Positions 13,918 through 27,598 of a DNA stretch of 64,000 nucleotides are shown here, one piece after another (position 1 is the first letter of the stretch; every line of letters begins with the position of its first letter). The stretch lies in the NCBI GenBank assembly GCA_964016885.1, contig OZ024743.1:366420001-366484000 (forward strand), written 5' to 3'. The position numbers were made by a program, and so were the translations under genes. The stretch comes from Eledone cirrhosa (lineage: Eukaryota). The notes under the pieces are model-generated. The model saw only the letters and a list, made by a program, of their open reading frames with translations, did no database searches and was not told where the DNA came from.

Positions 13918-15220
13918 TCATCATGATTTTACATCTGCTTTTCCCTGCTTGCATGAACGGGTCCTTTTCAGCACAGTATCTCTCCACTTAGCACAATCCT
14001 TTGTCATCACTACCGTGAGCCTAAGTGATTTGGGATCAGCTTTCACGACTTCCATTCAGGTCTTCCTTGGTCTTCCTCTACTGTGGCTTCCTTCCACTGG
14101 GATTTCTTGACACTTCTTCACCCAGTGATCATCATCCATGTGCATCTCATGTCCATGTAAGCATTCTCTTCTCTCCTGCACATAACATCTGATTCCTCTT
14201 ATATTCAGTTTCTTTCTCTGTTCATCTCCGCTTTGTCATTTATGCAGATTGACATTGCACATCCATTGAAGCATGCACTCTTCATTTCTGCCTAGCTTTC
14301 ACATATCCTCTGCAGTTACTGCCCATGTGTCACTACCATGCAGCATTGGACATTTACACACAGGCATCATACAGCTGACCCCTTTTTGTCAACAGAGCAG
14401 TAGCTCTCTAAACGTCTTCCAGCCTGCTTTTATTCTAGCTACTATGTTCCTGAGGCACACTCCTGCACTGCTAATTTGGTCACCTAGACAGCAGAAACTA
14501 TCAACCAGGGATTGAAAAAGGTGGAAATCAGTGACACTCTTACTATCAATTTTCCCTGAACATCTATTGCATACAAAGTCTTCTTTTTCTGTTAGTCTGT
14601 CTGTTTTCCTGCTATACCTCTTGTGTACCCCAATTTGCATTATGTACATAGCATAGAGTTTCTACTTATTCCTTTTCTGCATATTGAGCAAAGCTGTTTC
14701 CTCAGTGGCATCAGGGCCTTGTTTTCTTTCCTCCTTATTAACACTTTGGTTTTTGCTGGTTACTCGCAGCCCTTTGTTTCCACAGTCTGAATTTGTTTTC
14801 TAGTTCTTCTGTGGATTCAGCTATAAGTACTAAACCATCAGCAAACAGAAGTTTCCATAGACATCCTGTCTTAAATTCCTCTTTTACAGCCTCAAGCTCT
14901 ATAATAAATAGAAGTGGGCTAAGAACTAATAACTGATGCATTCCTACTTGTACATTGAATTCCTTGCTAAACTCACTTCCTACTCTCACTTTACTGACAG
15001 CTCCTCTGTACATAGCTTGCACTGCTCTCTCAAGCCATTCTTCTACACCTAGTTTACTTAAGTACCACCAGATGACAGATCTTGGTACTCTGTCAAAGGC
15101 TTTCTCTAGTACAAGAGCTATATATAGAGGCTCATTCTTCGTTAGGAACTTCTTGTAGTTGCCTCACTAAGAAGAGGGAATCTGTAGTACTTTTCCCTAG
15201 CATAAAACAAAACTGCATCT
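13918..15220 (-). mobile_element. Degenerate RTE LINE (family C-like)
   Basis: Frameshifted pieces EKAFDRVPRSVIW, LSPLLFII, LLFADGLVLIAES, a PHD-like Cys cluster and FCCLGDQI. Confidence 0.88.
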
Positions 15221-15499
15221 AATTTGACTCTTTCCTTTTCGTTGTGCTAGAATACACAAGAATAATGGAGAAATTTTAGACATTTTATATGTCTTGCATG
15301 TGTGTCAATACATCTAACAGAGTGGACTCTGCTTAAGGCACCCAAGAACCAAATGGTTTACCCAAAAGTTTAATTCCTGATTTCATAAGGATTACACCTT
15401 CGATGAATAGATTTGATCTCTTTACTGATTGTTGAACTACATTGAGCTTGAAAATTGCTGGCATAACTTTATTCATTTGATCTTTCAACATATAATATA

Positions 15500-16287
15500 C
15501 TAGCAGTGGAACCCGGCGTTGCATGGGATAAGGTATTTTGGAACGTGAGCCGCCAACAGATCTAATCGTAGAAAAACTGCATGCCTGGACAATATGTAAA
15601 GAAAATAAACCGAATACTCTGATGGCTGGATAATCTTTAAGATTTTCCTCAATGAAGCAGGAAAAATGCAGGTTTTCACCTAATGCGGGCCCTAGGGGTT
15701 CAAGAAAATAAATTTTTTTTATGTGCTCATGGTATGAAGAAGAGACTGACTAATACATAGTTACAATTTCAAGGAAATCGGTCTGACGTAACGCCTCAAA
15801 AAGAACCTAAAAAGCTTAAAAACGCAGTTTTTCATTTAATGCGTGCCCTAGGAGATCAAAAAGTGCATAACACTCCCTGAAACATAAGTAATACACATGT
15901 AAAGTTTGAAAAAAATCGGTTAGGTACTTCTCGAGTTTTAGGAATTCAAACTCAGACACACACACACACACACACACAGACAGACATCCTCAGGGAAGTG
16001 ACGTAATGCAGACAGTCAGACATACAGACAGATATTATAAGGGCGCGACGTTATATGTATGTATCTATCTAAAAAGAGAAAGACTAAGAATTATAGAGAG
16101 AGATCGCTAAATCGCCTAATGCGGTCCCTAGGGCATTGAAAATTTGAAATTTGTTTTGCTCAGAACACTCCCTGAAACATAAGTATTACATGTGTAAAGT
16201 TTGAAAACAGTCGGTTGGGTGGTTCTCGAGTTTTATGGATTCAAACTCACACACACAGACAGACATCCTCAGTTTTATATATATAGA
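15500..16287 (-). mobile_element. Non-autonomous Helitron
   Basis: The minus strand starts TCTATATATATAAAAC and ends with a CCCATGCAACGCCGGG hairpin plus CTAG. It is inserted between A and T with no TSD, and has an internal ~110-120 bp duplication (about 15870-15993 and 16163-16272). Confidence 0.85.
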
Positions 16288-18127
16288 TACACATGTTAAA
16301 ATGTATGCATATATGTATGTTTGCAACTCAAAATAGAAAAGTATAGTCAAGGTATATGGGATGTGATGCTATATATTTAAACAAGATACTTCTCCAGCTT
16401 AAACTTGAAATGTGCTTCATCAGACTGTATATTTGTGTGTGTGCGTGTACACAAGTAAATATTATTTTTAGGGAATTCTTCTTATTCTTACATTACATCT
16501 CCTTATTCAGGCTAGTCCACAGTTGATTTGACATCAGCCAGATGTATGTATGGTTTTGTGAGTGTTTATATATGTGTCTACGTGTCTACATACACACTTC
16601 TGTATGCATATAATATGAAATCAGATAAGGCCTGAAGGTATCACATAATACTAACTGCAAGAGGCAAATGATATATAGAATGCTATATAAAGCCTAATAA
16701 GCCCTTTGCTGAATTTAAAATGATACTTTGTGCACACGCATGCTATATTCTATAAACATGTTGTTTGTGCACATACACAGATTTACACATGCACACACAC
16801 ACATATATATATATATATGTACATACACACATACACACATCCAACTTTTGTTAGGGAAAATGATGATGATTGTGTGTGTTTGTATACATGCATACATATA
16901 TGTGTGTGTGTACCTCTCTACATACAAACAATGTATAAGTGTATGCTTACGTAGATATATGCATAGATACATGTTCATTTTGGCATACATAAAAATACAT
17001 TCATGCACATATATACTAAATGTATTTAAATCAATAACAAATCAGTCAAGCTTGTATCCACCTCTTGATAAATAACATAAACATCAAAATAGGATTCTAT
17101 TCTATAGAATAAGTGGGTGGTTAACAACTTAATTAAGGTAACTTCTGGTACAAGAGTTCTTTCTTCTTGTGTTCAGTAGAGAGTGAAGAAAAATGACTTT
17201 CTTTTTATTTCATTTCTGTTTCAGTTTAGAATTGTTATCCAGTTTTATTTAACCCTAAATTGTTGATATACTATGGAGGGTTTTTTGTTTGTCTTTTTAC
17301 TATTTAGTCATGAAAGGAAAGGTAGTGCCCTTCTCAGTGCCTCCGAGATTGGTGGGTGATCTAGCCCAAATACTGCTTATAGGCTCAACTCGGCAGAGTT
17401 AAGACACCCAACAACCAGATGATGGTGTTAAACTAGATTATGAATTAAGTCTACCTTGGAATTTGAACTTAAAATGCAAAGAGCCAGAACAAATACTGCT
17501 AGTGCACAATGCTATGTGACATTAGTGTTACATAGTAAATTTGGGATTTAGGTATAGTAAATTATATTAAGTCTAGTACATGACTGGTACTTTATTTTAT
17601 CACTCTCCCCTCGACCAACCCCCAGAAGGATGAAAAGTAAAAATCAACCTCAGTTCAATTTGATCTCAGGATTGTTTATAATTTTTTTTTTCTAGTCTCT
17701 GTTGCAAACATTCAAGTCAATTCATCATATTTTATTATGAATACAATATATAAATTGAAACTTGGATCTGTCATTCTTGATATATATTAGCAGTAGCACT
17801 AACATAGCATGATTCATAATAGATGTGTATATGAAAATATAAATGTTGTAATGTCTCTAGTGTATATTCTAAAATATAAATGCCTTGCCATGAAAGTTTT
17901 TAAACATGATCATGTCACCAATGATGGATAAAAATCCTGACTGATAAAAGCTACTGAGATAGCTGTGATATGATCACTTCTTAAAACATTTGTAGTGAGA
18001 CTTTTACATGTTTAATATACATAAACATGCCGTATATGCTTCTATATATTATATATATATATTATACATAAACATGCCGTATATGCTTCTATATATTATA
18101 CATAAACATGCCGTATATGCTTCTGTA

Positions 18128-18521
18128 TCATCATCATCATCATCATCACCGTTTTACGTCCGTTCTTCCACATTAGCATGGGTTAGACGGGTTGTCCTGT
18201 TGTGGGAAGTGTCCGGTCAGCTGACCTTGTCTTGTTCATACTGGAACTGATTCTGGCTTGATTTCTACAGCTGGATGCCCTTCCTAACACCAACCTCATT
18301 TACAGTGAGTGCTGGGTGCTTTTTTTCCATGGCACCTACACGTCCACTTTACAGTGTGGGCTGGGTGCTTTTTTGCTGTGACACCTCCACGACCACTTTG
18401 CAGTGGATTGGCAGTATCGGTAGAGGGTCGGACGCCATGCCTTGACGCATAGAGTTACGGCCCTTGCCATTCTGAGTTCAAATCCCTCCGAGGTTAACTT
18501 TGCCTTTCATCCTTATGGGGT
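18128..18521. mobile_element. Head-to-head chimera of an RTE-tail module (-) and a Meta-type SINE (+)
   Basis: 18128-18407 is the reverse-strand AGGAAGGGCATCC/(GAT)n module. It switches at GCAGTGGA to the plus-strand SINE head TTGGCAGTATCGGTAGAGGG. Confidence 0.8.
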
Positions 18522-18524
18522 CTG

Positions 18525-18561
<37 letters not shown>

Positions 18562-18831
18562 CATATACGCTTCTATATGTTATATATATATACATAAACA
18601 TGCCGTATATGCTTCTGTATATTATATATATATTTATATATATAAGTATCCACCACGTTAAGAGTGCAAACAAAAATTTTTTTTTTAATTTTTAGCAAAG
18701 CTGACCGTAAAATCGCTTGGTATGAAAATGAGGCTAATCAGCCGATGTATACATTTGACATTACTATAATAAAAAAAAAATTGTTATAATAAAAATAATA
18801 ACAAAGTCAAGTTATTTTACCTATTCATTTC

Positions 18832-18957
18832 ATTGTTTTACGATTGTTTCGGAGGGTTGATAATATTGACCTATTAACTGACCTATAGCAGTTATATAAC
18901 TGTATGGTATTAGACATCATATATAGGTTCAGTCAGACTGACTTCTTCGGAAACAAT
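18832..18957 (-). ncRNA. Type I hammerhead ribozyme-like motif (U4C variant) in a pLTR-like fragment
   Basis: Minus strand: AUUGUUU-CCGAAGA-...-GAAAC-AAUC-GUA-AAACAAU. Stem I is a perfect 7 bp, but the base of stem II is poorly paired. Confidence 0.6.
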
Positions 18958-19570
18958 ATGTATGTGTGTGTGTGTGTGTGTATATATATACATATATATA
19001 TATATATGGTTGGCATTAGGAAGGGCATCCAACCGTAGAAAACAAGTCAGAAATACCCCTATATGAGTGAGACTCTGTCACCCGCCCAACTTGCCTCAGA
19101 ATGGGACCCGTCTAACCCAAGCTAGAGATGGACATATCATATCCTCTGCGAAGTTGTCGTGGAGGTGCCATGGCAAAAAAGCACCCAGCATTCACTGTAA
19201 ATGAGGTTGGTGTATGAAATAAAGCCAGAATCAGTTCCCATCCCACCCTTGCAAGCAGGGAAAAAGCGGACATAAAATGAAATGATGATGATGATGATAT
19301 ATGTATATGTATGTAGATATATATATATATGTATATATATTTATATATATATGTATGTATATATATATATGTATGTAGATAAATCTACCAAGAGTTTACG
19401 GTAGTGTCCAATCCGTATGAAGAACTCAATGTAATCCGGATATCATGGAAAGAAGAGATGCATTCAAAATCACTTTCGGTGAAAGATAAACGGAATACAG
19501 AGTCAAGATAAAGTATTAAAAAAATAATGGATAAAACAATGAAACGGTTCCTTATATTAAACAAAAAAAG

Positions 19571-19723
19571 TTCATTATTTAACGATCGTTTCTAGGACAT
19601 ATATGTGTTAGAATTGGCATGCATACTCAACAGATCTATGTACAAAATTATACAAAATTATACAAACTATCAAATTTAATATACATACCAACACATACAT
19701 ATGCCGTCTTCAGAAATAATGAA
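19571..19723 (-). ncRNA. Type I hammerhead ribozyme, intact core, long stem II
   Basis: Minus strand: UUCAUUAUUU-CUGAAGA-(about 115 nt)-GAAAC-GAUC-GUU-AAAUAAUGAA. Stem I is a perfect 10 bp and stem III is the palindrome AACGAUCGUU. Confidence 0.8.
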
Positions 19724-20352
19724 ATATATTTATTGATAATAACAACAATTCAAAATTACAGGTCTGTTTGGGAACAGAGTTCAAATTGACCAATGAAATA
19801 CACAAAAATATATCAAGAAAATACAGTTAGGTGTGTGTATATATGTAAGTAACTTCGTTCACAGATATGCATAAAAATATATGTTCACATGCATACGCAT
19901 GTCGAAAAAATGTATGTAAATACAAAAATTCAGGGCTAATGTCTCTGTACGTTTATAATCTACAGATAAAATACACATACGTATATAAACATATATACAT
20001 TCATATATACACACATATACATACATTCACACACACACGCGCATATACACATAAACATACACATAACCACGAACATACACACACACACACACACACACCC
20101 ACACACACACACACACATATGTATACATTATTATTATAAGCATATGGACATTAAGGCGCACACATAATATAAGCACTGCCACATATATTTAGATCCAGAT
20201 GCAGAAAGTAGGTAAGGGGGTCAGTAATTACTAAGGGTGTCAGAGAACTGCCTATTTATAAAATGTATCTATAAATTTAGAAATAAAAAGAAATATATTA
20301 AAAAAAAATATATAAACAAGTAAAATATAAAATACACATCGATATACACATA

Positions 20353-20384
<32 letters not shown>

Positions 20385-20608
20385 CACATATATATACATA
20401 TATATACACACACATATATATAGAGACACATACATATACATATATAAATACATAGACACATATACATACACACATATATATATATACATATATTTACAAC
20501 ACACATATATATATACACACACATATGTACATACACATATACACATAGATACCCATATATATATATACACACATACACACACATATATACACTCACACAT
20601 ATACACAG

Positions 20609-20639
<31 letters not shown>

Positions 20640-20779
20640 CACACACACATATATATAGACACACACACATACATATACGTATATATACACACACACACAC
20701 ATCCATGTATGAATATACACATACAACCACACGCTCACACAACTCAGACATACATAAATAAAGAGATATATATATACGC

Positions 20780-20810
<31 letters not shown>

Positions 20811-20859
20811 GATACATACATACACATAAATATATATACACACACACATATACATACAC

Positions 20860-20892
<33 letters not shown>

Positions 20893-21087
20893 AAGAAATA
20901 AATAAAGAAATAAATAAATACACACAGTCAGACAATTATGCACACATATATATATATATATACATACACACATCTCTACAAATATATATACTCACATACA
21001 CACGCACACATACATATATACAAACACACATATACATATAGACATACATATACACATATATATACACATATATATATATACATACAT

Positions 21088-21118
<31 letters not shown>

Positions 21119-21399
21119 CAATCATAAACGCTTATTTACATGCGCACATATGTATTTTTATACTCACATACAAACACCCAAACATACATACCTACATACA
21201 TACACATACATACATCCACGCTTACAAATACAAATAATTATAGGGGGGGGGGATTAAAATTATTAGTGGGAAATAGTAAATATATGTTTCAAGGAACATA
21301 GAATATTAATCTGCATCTAGAACATAATATGTGTTTACATAGTAGTTTCAGTATTAGGAAATGTAAGAAAGAAGGCAAAATAATGCATTTTAATATAAG

Positions 21400-22300
21400 T
21401 AGACTATTAATTATAGGTTAACTAAATTAAAAATAGTTAATATATTGATTTCTAAGGTGTATACTACTTAGGTTTATAATATTTGAAGCGGAATTTTGAA
21501 GTTAAACAGTAGTAGAGTATTAATTATAGCATAACTAAATTAAAAATATTAACATTATGGTATCAATATTAGGAAATGAATTTAGTAATAGGGAAAACCA
21601 AATCAAGTATTTCATCGGTAGTAGAATATAAATTATAGGTTAACTAAATTAAAAATTATATATTAATTTCTATGTTAATTAGGTTTATAATAATTAAAGC
21701 AGATTTTGTATTTTATCTATAGTAGAATATAATTATAGGTTAACAAAAATTAAAATTAATATATATATATATATATATATTTAATTGTAAAGAATATATT
21801 AATTAGGTATATATTTAAAAATTTATCTCAGTTTATGATTACATGATATTCTGCAATCCATCTGTATTAGAATTTTAATTTTAAGCTAATTAAATTAAAA
21901 TTATAGGTTAACTAAATTAAAATTAATTTATAAATAAATTTCTAAATTGTACATTAATTAGGTTTATAATATTAAAAAATATTTTTCTGTCATTGATTAC
22001 ACGATATTTTGTTATATTTCATCTGTAAAGGAATTTTAATAAAAGGTTAAATAAACCAAAATTAATTTATAAATTAATTTACAAAGTATATATTAATTAT
22101 GTTAATAATATTTAAAAGTTTTTCACAATTTATGATTACACAATATTTTATAATCTCATCTGTAGTAGAATTTTAATTAAAATAAATTTATAGGTTAACT
22201 AACATTTAAATTAAATTATATATTAATTTCTAAAGTATATATTATTAATTAGGTTTATAATATTTAAATGTTTTTCTCAGTTTATGATTACACGATATAA
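21400..22300. repeat. AT-rich degenerate tandem array (about 110-170 bp units) in the PLE 3' UTR
   Basis: Recurrent AATTATAGGTTAACTAAATTAAAA, TTAGGTTTATAAT and TTATGATTACACGATAT motifs. Confidence 0.8.
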
Positions 22301-23576
22301 TTAATTCCTGTCGCTTATTTAATAGGATATCCTTAGATTTCATTATTTAAAATAGTTCTTGGGAACATAATCTACATTCATTTCTATTATTTTGATACGG
22401 GGTGGCTCTTTTGAGCACACTCCAGGTCATATCATATTCTATATTCTTATTTCTATAACTATTAATTTTTTCTGCTAGAGATGTTGTATTAGCCAGTGCG
22501 GCATTTTTAAAACTATGTTTGTGGGTATTAAACCTTACCTTAAAATTGTTAGAAGTAGCTCCTATATATGAGCAAATAGAATCTTTAGTTTTAACATTAC
22601 ATTTATAAACTATGTTGTTAACAAGACAATTTCCTTTTAATGGGCAGTTTGCTTTGTTTCTACAGTTACAACCTTTCGTTAATTCTGTATTTGAGGAGAT
22701 ATTATGGTTAGTTTGATGTATTGGTGGTATACTTATGGTATTCTTACATTTATATGCATTATAGGCACCTATATTTTGTTTTATGTTTTTGGTTGTTGAG
22801 TATGAGAATTTAACTGTTGACCTATTTAAGATTTGATGGTATTTGTGGTTTGGCAGGAAGTTTTTCTCTAGGATATAAAAAAATTTTTTAGCAATATTAT
22901 CCTTAATTTGTAAATTAAATGGAGCATTATACCAAGTAACTCGTCTATTACGGTTTCTATGTTGTTTATTATTTTTATAGGTTGTATCGTGATGTTTACT
23001 AGGAGGATTAATGTTAATGACCTCACCACGCACATTTTTAGTTAGATTTATTGATTTAGGTGTTTTATCTTGTTTATTAGGAGTTTTATTATTAACATTT
23101 ATTAGAGTTGTATGATGAGTAGTTTTTTGAGAGTTACTATACTTTATATTAGAGGAGTTGTTGGTATTTTGGGGTATAGTGTGGGTGGCATTTAGGTGTG
23201 TACTTTTCATTTGGTGTTTGTTGGTAATATTAGGTTGTATGTTTATAGTATTTTTAGTAGAAGGTATATATTCTAATCTATTTTTGTGGCCACTTCTATC
23301 TAGAGCTTCGTTATAGAAGGTCGCATTTTTATCAAATACTTCTTGGTTAGACGAAAGGTTAGAAATTCTAAGTGATATATTATATGCAAGGTTTTTAAGG
23401 ATAGATTTAGGGTGATTAGATTGTGAGTGTATGTAGTGTAAGTTTTGGTTGGGTTTATGGTAAGGTTGGTAGATACCCGTAGCTAAGTCTAAAGTTATAT
23501 CTAGGAAATTAACTACTTTACTTGTGTTTTCAAAAGTAATATGAAGACTATAATAGTCTTTAAGGAAAGTTCTAAT
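22245..23576 (-). pseudogene. PLE reverse transcriptase C-terminus plus GIY-YIG endonuclease
   Basis: The frame is open upstream of the called ORF (VNFLDITLDL..YHKPN..YIHSQSNHP), then CNCRNKANCPLKGNCL, IVYKC..SYIGAT..FKVRFNTHKHSF and CRLCSQE. A premature TAA at 22347-49 is followed by LLNKRQELIISCNH. Confidence 0.9.
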
Positions 23577-23697
23577 ATATATGTTCTAGAAACGATCGTT
23601 AAATAATGAACTTTTTTTGTTTAATATAAGGAACTGTTTCATTGTTTTATTCATTATTTTTTTAATACTTTATATATGTATGTATATATATATATAT

Positions 23698-26272
23698 GTA
23701 GAAGAAAGATCTGGAAGCTGAAAGTCCCCTCAACCAGTAACAGATTTAAAGATATTTTACTCAACGCCTACGACAGTAAAGAAGAACAGATAGAGACATT
23801 TAACGTAGAAGAGAACTGGGAGTTCCTAAAAAATAACTTACTAGAGGCGACGGATGAGGTTTGTGGCTGGAGTAAGACCTCAAGCAGGAGGAGAGTGACT
23901 TGGTGGTGGAACAATAAGGTAGATGAAGCAGTCAAGGCCAAGAGACAGGCATGGAAAGAATGGAAGAACGGGGGGAGCAGGGTACATTACATAGAGACCA
24001 AGAGGAAAGCTAGGCGACAAGTATACTTAGCTAGGAGGGAAGCAGAGGATAGAAAATTCAAGCATGTTTTACAACGTGAGGACCAGAAACAGGAGGTATT
24101 CAAGATTGCGAGGCAGTGTGTCAGAGATAGTTGTGATGTCATTGGAGAGAAGTGTATCCGGAATGATAAAGGTGAGCTTGCCCTCACAAGTGCTGAGAAG
24201 AAAGATGCATGGAAGAGTCATTATGATAGATTACTAAATGAGGAGAATGCATGGGAAGAAGAGACCCTACCCCACGTAGACCCTATAGAGGGACCAGCAG
24301 TACAAGTCAGCGGCAGCGTAGTAAGTAAGGCAATCAGAGATATGAAGATAGGGAAGGCAACCGGTCCATCGGGTATAGCTGCCGAGATGCTGAAGGCATC
24401 TGGGTCTGTAGGTCACACTATAACCACACGTATCGTTAACCAGGTAATACTAGAGGGGGCCATACCAAAAGATTGGTGCAGTAGCATCATTGTCAACTGC
24501 TACAAAGGTAAAGGCGATGCACTAGATAGAGGAAACTATAGAGGTATAAAGTTGATGGACCAGGTCATGAAAGTAACAGAAAGAGTTATAGCACAGCTGA
24601 TTAGGGACCGGGTGAATATAGACGAGATGCAATTTGGGTTTGTACCAGGGAAAGGCACCACTGATGCCCTCTTCCTTGTGAGGCAATTACAGGAAAAGTA
24701 CCTAGCTAAAAGTAAGCCACTCTACTTGGCATTTGTCGACCTTGAGAAAGCCTTTGACAGAGTTCCACGTGCAGTAATCTGGTGGGCTCTTAGAAAACTA
24801 GGAGTAGATGAATGGCTTGTGAAAGCGGTACAAGCCATGTATAGGGGAGCAGTCAGCAAAGTTAGGATTGGCAATGAGTATAGCGAGGAATTTAGCGTAC
24901 AGGTTGGGGTCCACCAGGGCTCTGTTCTTAGCCCTCTCCTGTTCATCATAGTCCTGCAGGCAATAACGGAGGAGTTTAAGACCGGATGCCCATGGGAACT
25001 CCTGTATGCTGATGACCTCGCACTCATAGCTGAATCTATGGTAGAACTAGAGAATAAATTCCAAACCTGGAAGCAGGGACTAGAGAGAAAGGGCCTCAAA
25101 GTCAACATGACAAAGACTAAGGTCCTTATAAGTAGACGAGAAAACAGAACCCAGATCCCCTCAGGGAAATGGCCTTGCTCAGTATGTAGGAAAGGTGTAG
25201 GTAGGAACTCCATTCTTTGCCCCAAATGCAAACAATGGGTACACAAGAGATGTAGCGGGATCTCAGGAAGCTTAATTAAGAATGTAGGATTCACATGCAG
25301 CAGCTGTGCTGAAACAGCAAGCAAACAGCCACAGGAAACAAGTACCACCAATCTCTGGGAGGGCCCTGTAGAAACAGTAGACAGCTTCTGCTACCTAGGT
25401 GACCGAATTAGCAACGGAGGTGGGTGCTCAGAAAGTACAATAACTAGGGTAAGAACGGGATGGAAGAAGTTTAGGGAACTACTACCACTGCTAGCTGCAA
25501 AAGGCTTCTCCCTCAGAATGAAAGGCAGACTGTATGATGCGTGTATCCGAACAGCGATGTTGCATGGTAGTGAGACCTGGGCGCTGAAGGTGGAAGACTT
25601 ACGTAGATTAGAGAGAAACGAAGCCTGCATGCTCCGATGGATGTGTAACAGTAATATACGTGAACGACAAAGCATAAAGGAATTGAGAGAGAGACTGAGC
25701 ATAAGAGGAATCAAATGCTGCGTGCAGGAGAGGCGGTTACGCTGGTATGGACATGTGATGCGTATGAAGGATGACAGCTGCATAAAAAGGTGCAGAGCAC
25801 TAGAAGTTGATGGAAACCGCGGAGTGGGGAGACCCAAGATGACTTGGGATGAGGTGATAAAAGCCGACCTTACCCAACTACACCTCTCAAAGTCAATGAC
25901 ACACGACCGTGACTTCTGGCGTCACGCAGTAATACAGGGTACCCGACCTCCCATGGGTACATGCTGAAGCATATAAACAATATGCCCCCCCCCCCCACCG
26001 CAAGGTGGTCGTGGAGGTGCCACGGCAAAAAAGCACCCAGCCCACACTGTAAAGTGGACGTGTAGGCGCCACGAAAAAGCACCCAGCACTCACTGTAAAT
26101 GAGGTTGGTGTTAGGAAGGGCATCCAGCTGTAGAAATCAAGCCAGATCAGTTCCTGTATGAGCAAGGCATGGTCAGCCGACCAGACACTGCCCACAACAG
26201 GACAACCCGTCTAACCCATGCTAGCGTGGAAGAACGGACGTAAAACGGTGATGATGATGATGTGATGATGAT
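23698..26272 (+). mobile_element. Young 5'-truncated RTE LINE (family A); uninterrupted RT ORF to 25967
   Basis: About 755 codons with no stop: TWWWN, GPSGI, NYRGIKL, QFGF, FVDLEKAFDRV, GVHQGSVLSP, YADD, PHD-like finger, YLG, RLRWYGHV. It has a (GAT)n tail, lacks the APE domain and is flanked by TA repeats. Confidence 0.96.
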
Positions 26273-26309
26273 ATATGTATGTATATATATATATATGTAT
26301 GTATATACA

Positions 26310-26564
26310 TGTTACCAGTAGCACCAACTGGTGACCTGACATAGGCATTGCTTTATATCTGGAGATCTCTCTGCACTTGTCGTCAAATGGTACCATGGGC
26401 CCAGCACTATGTGTCAATATTTGTCCCAAGTGTAGTGTCTGTACCAGAGTTTTCAATACGCTGGCTGGACTAAAAAATCACACTCGTTCAACGCATCGGT
26501 AGGGGTTCTCCTACATGGATATAAAGTAGTGGCCGTACTCGAAAACGAGTTGGCAACCACACCA
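26310..26564 (+). mobile_element. RTE/BovB-like LINE 3' end
   Basis: C2H2-like [22 protein letters not shown] followed by a terminal CTCG-AAAA-CGAG stem-loop. Confidence 0.6.
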
Positions 26565-26579
26565 TGTATGTATATATAT

Positions 26580-26648
<69 letters not shown>

Positions 26649-26870
26649 TATGTATGTATATAGATGTATGTATATATATATATATGTATATAGATGTATG
26701 TATATATATATATGTATATATATATATGTATATATATATATGCATATATATATATGTATGTATATAGATGTATGTATATATATATATGTATATAGATGTA
26801 TGTATATATATATATGTATATAGATGTATGTATATATATATATGTATATATGTATATATATATATGTATG

Positions 26871-26937
<67 letters not shown>

Positions 26938-27090
26938 GTATATATATATATGTATATATATATATGTATATATATATATGTATGTATATATATATATATA
27001 TGTATGTATATATATATATATATATGTATGTATATATATATATATATATGTATGTATATATATATATGTATGTATATATATATATATATG

Positions 27091-27128
<38 letters not shown>

Positions 27129-27158
27129 TGTATATATATATATATGTATATATATATG

Positions 27159-27194
<36 letters not shown>

Positions 27195-27559
27195 TGTATA
27201 TATATATATATGTTTGTATATATATATATATGTATGTATGTATATATATATATGTATGTATGTATATATATATATATAAATGTGTGTGTGTATAAATATG
27301 TATGTATGTATATATATATAAATGTGCGTGTGTATAAATATGTATGTATGTATATATATATAAATGTGTGTGTGTATAAATATGTATGTATGTATATATA
27401 TGTATGTATGTATGTATATATATATATATATGTATGTATATATATATGTATGTATATATATATATATGTATGTATATATATATATATGTATGTATATATA
27501 TATATATATGTATGTATATATATGTGTGTGTGTATGTATATATATATATGTATATATAT
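26565..27559. repeat. About 1 kb (TA)n/(TATG)n microsatellite
   Basis: Directly visible. Confidence 0.98.
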
Positions 27560-27598
27560 TACGATAGATTTACGGAGCCATCTGAAATGTACAGCCTT

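Larger units (their letters stand above)
19380..23672 (-). mobile_element. 5'-truncated Penelope-like element (Neptune-like) with 3' pLTR and inverted partial pLTR
   Basis: It carries an RT C-terminus plus GIY-YIG ORF. 23575-23672 is the reverse complement of about 19508-19605, and the pLTR contains a hammerhead motif. Confidence 0.85.

Noticed and set aside
24722-25837. Antisense ORFs opposite the LINE RT (also 49437-50567 and 28800-29831)
   Set aside because: These are shadow frames of the LINE coding strand with no recognisable domains.
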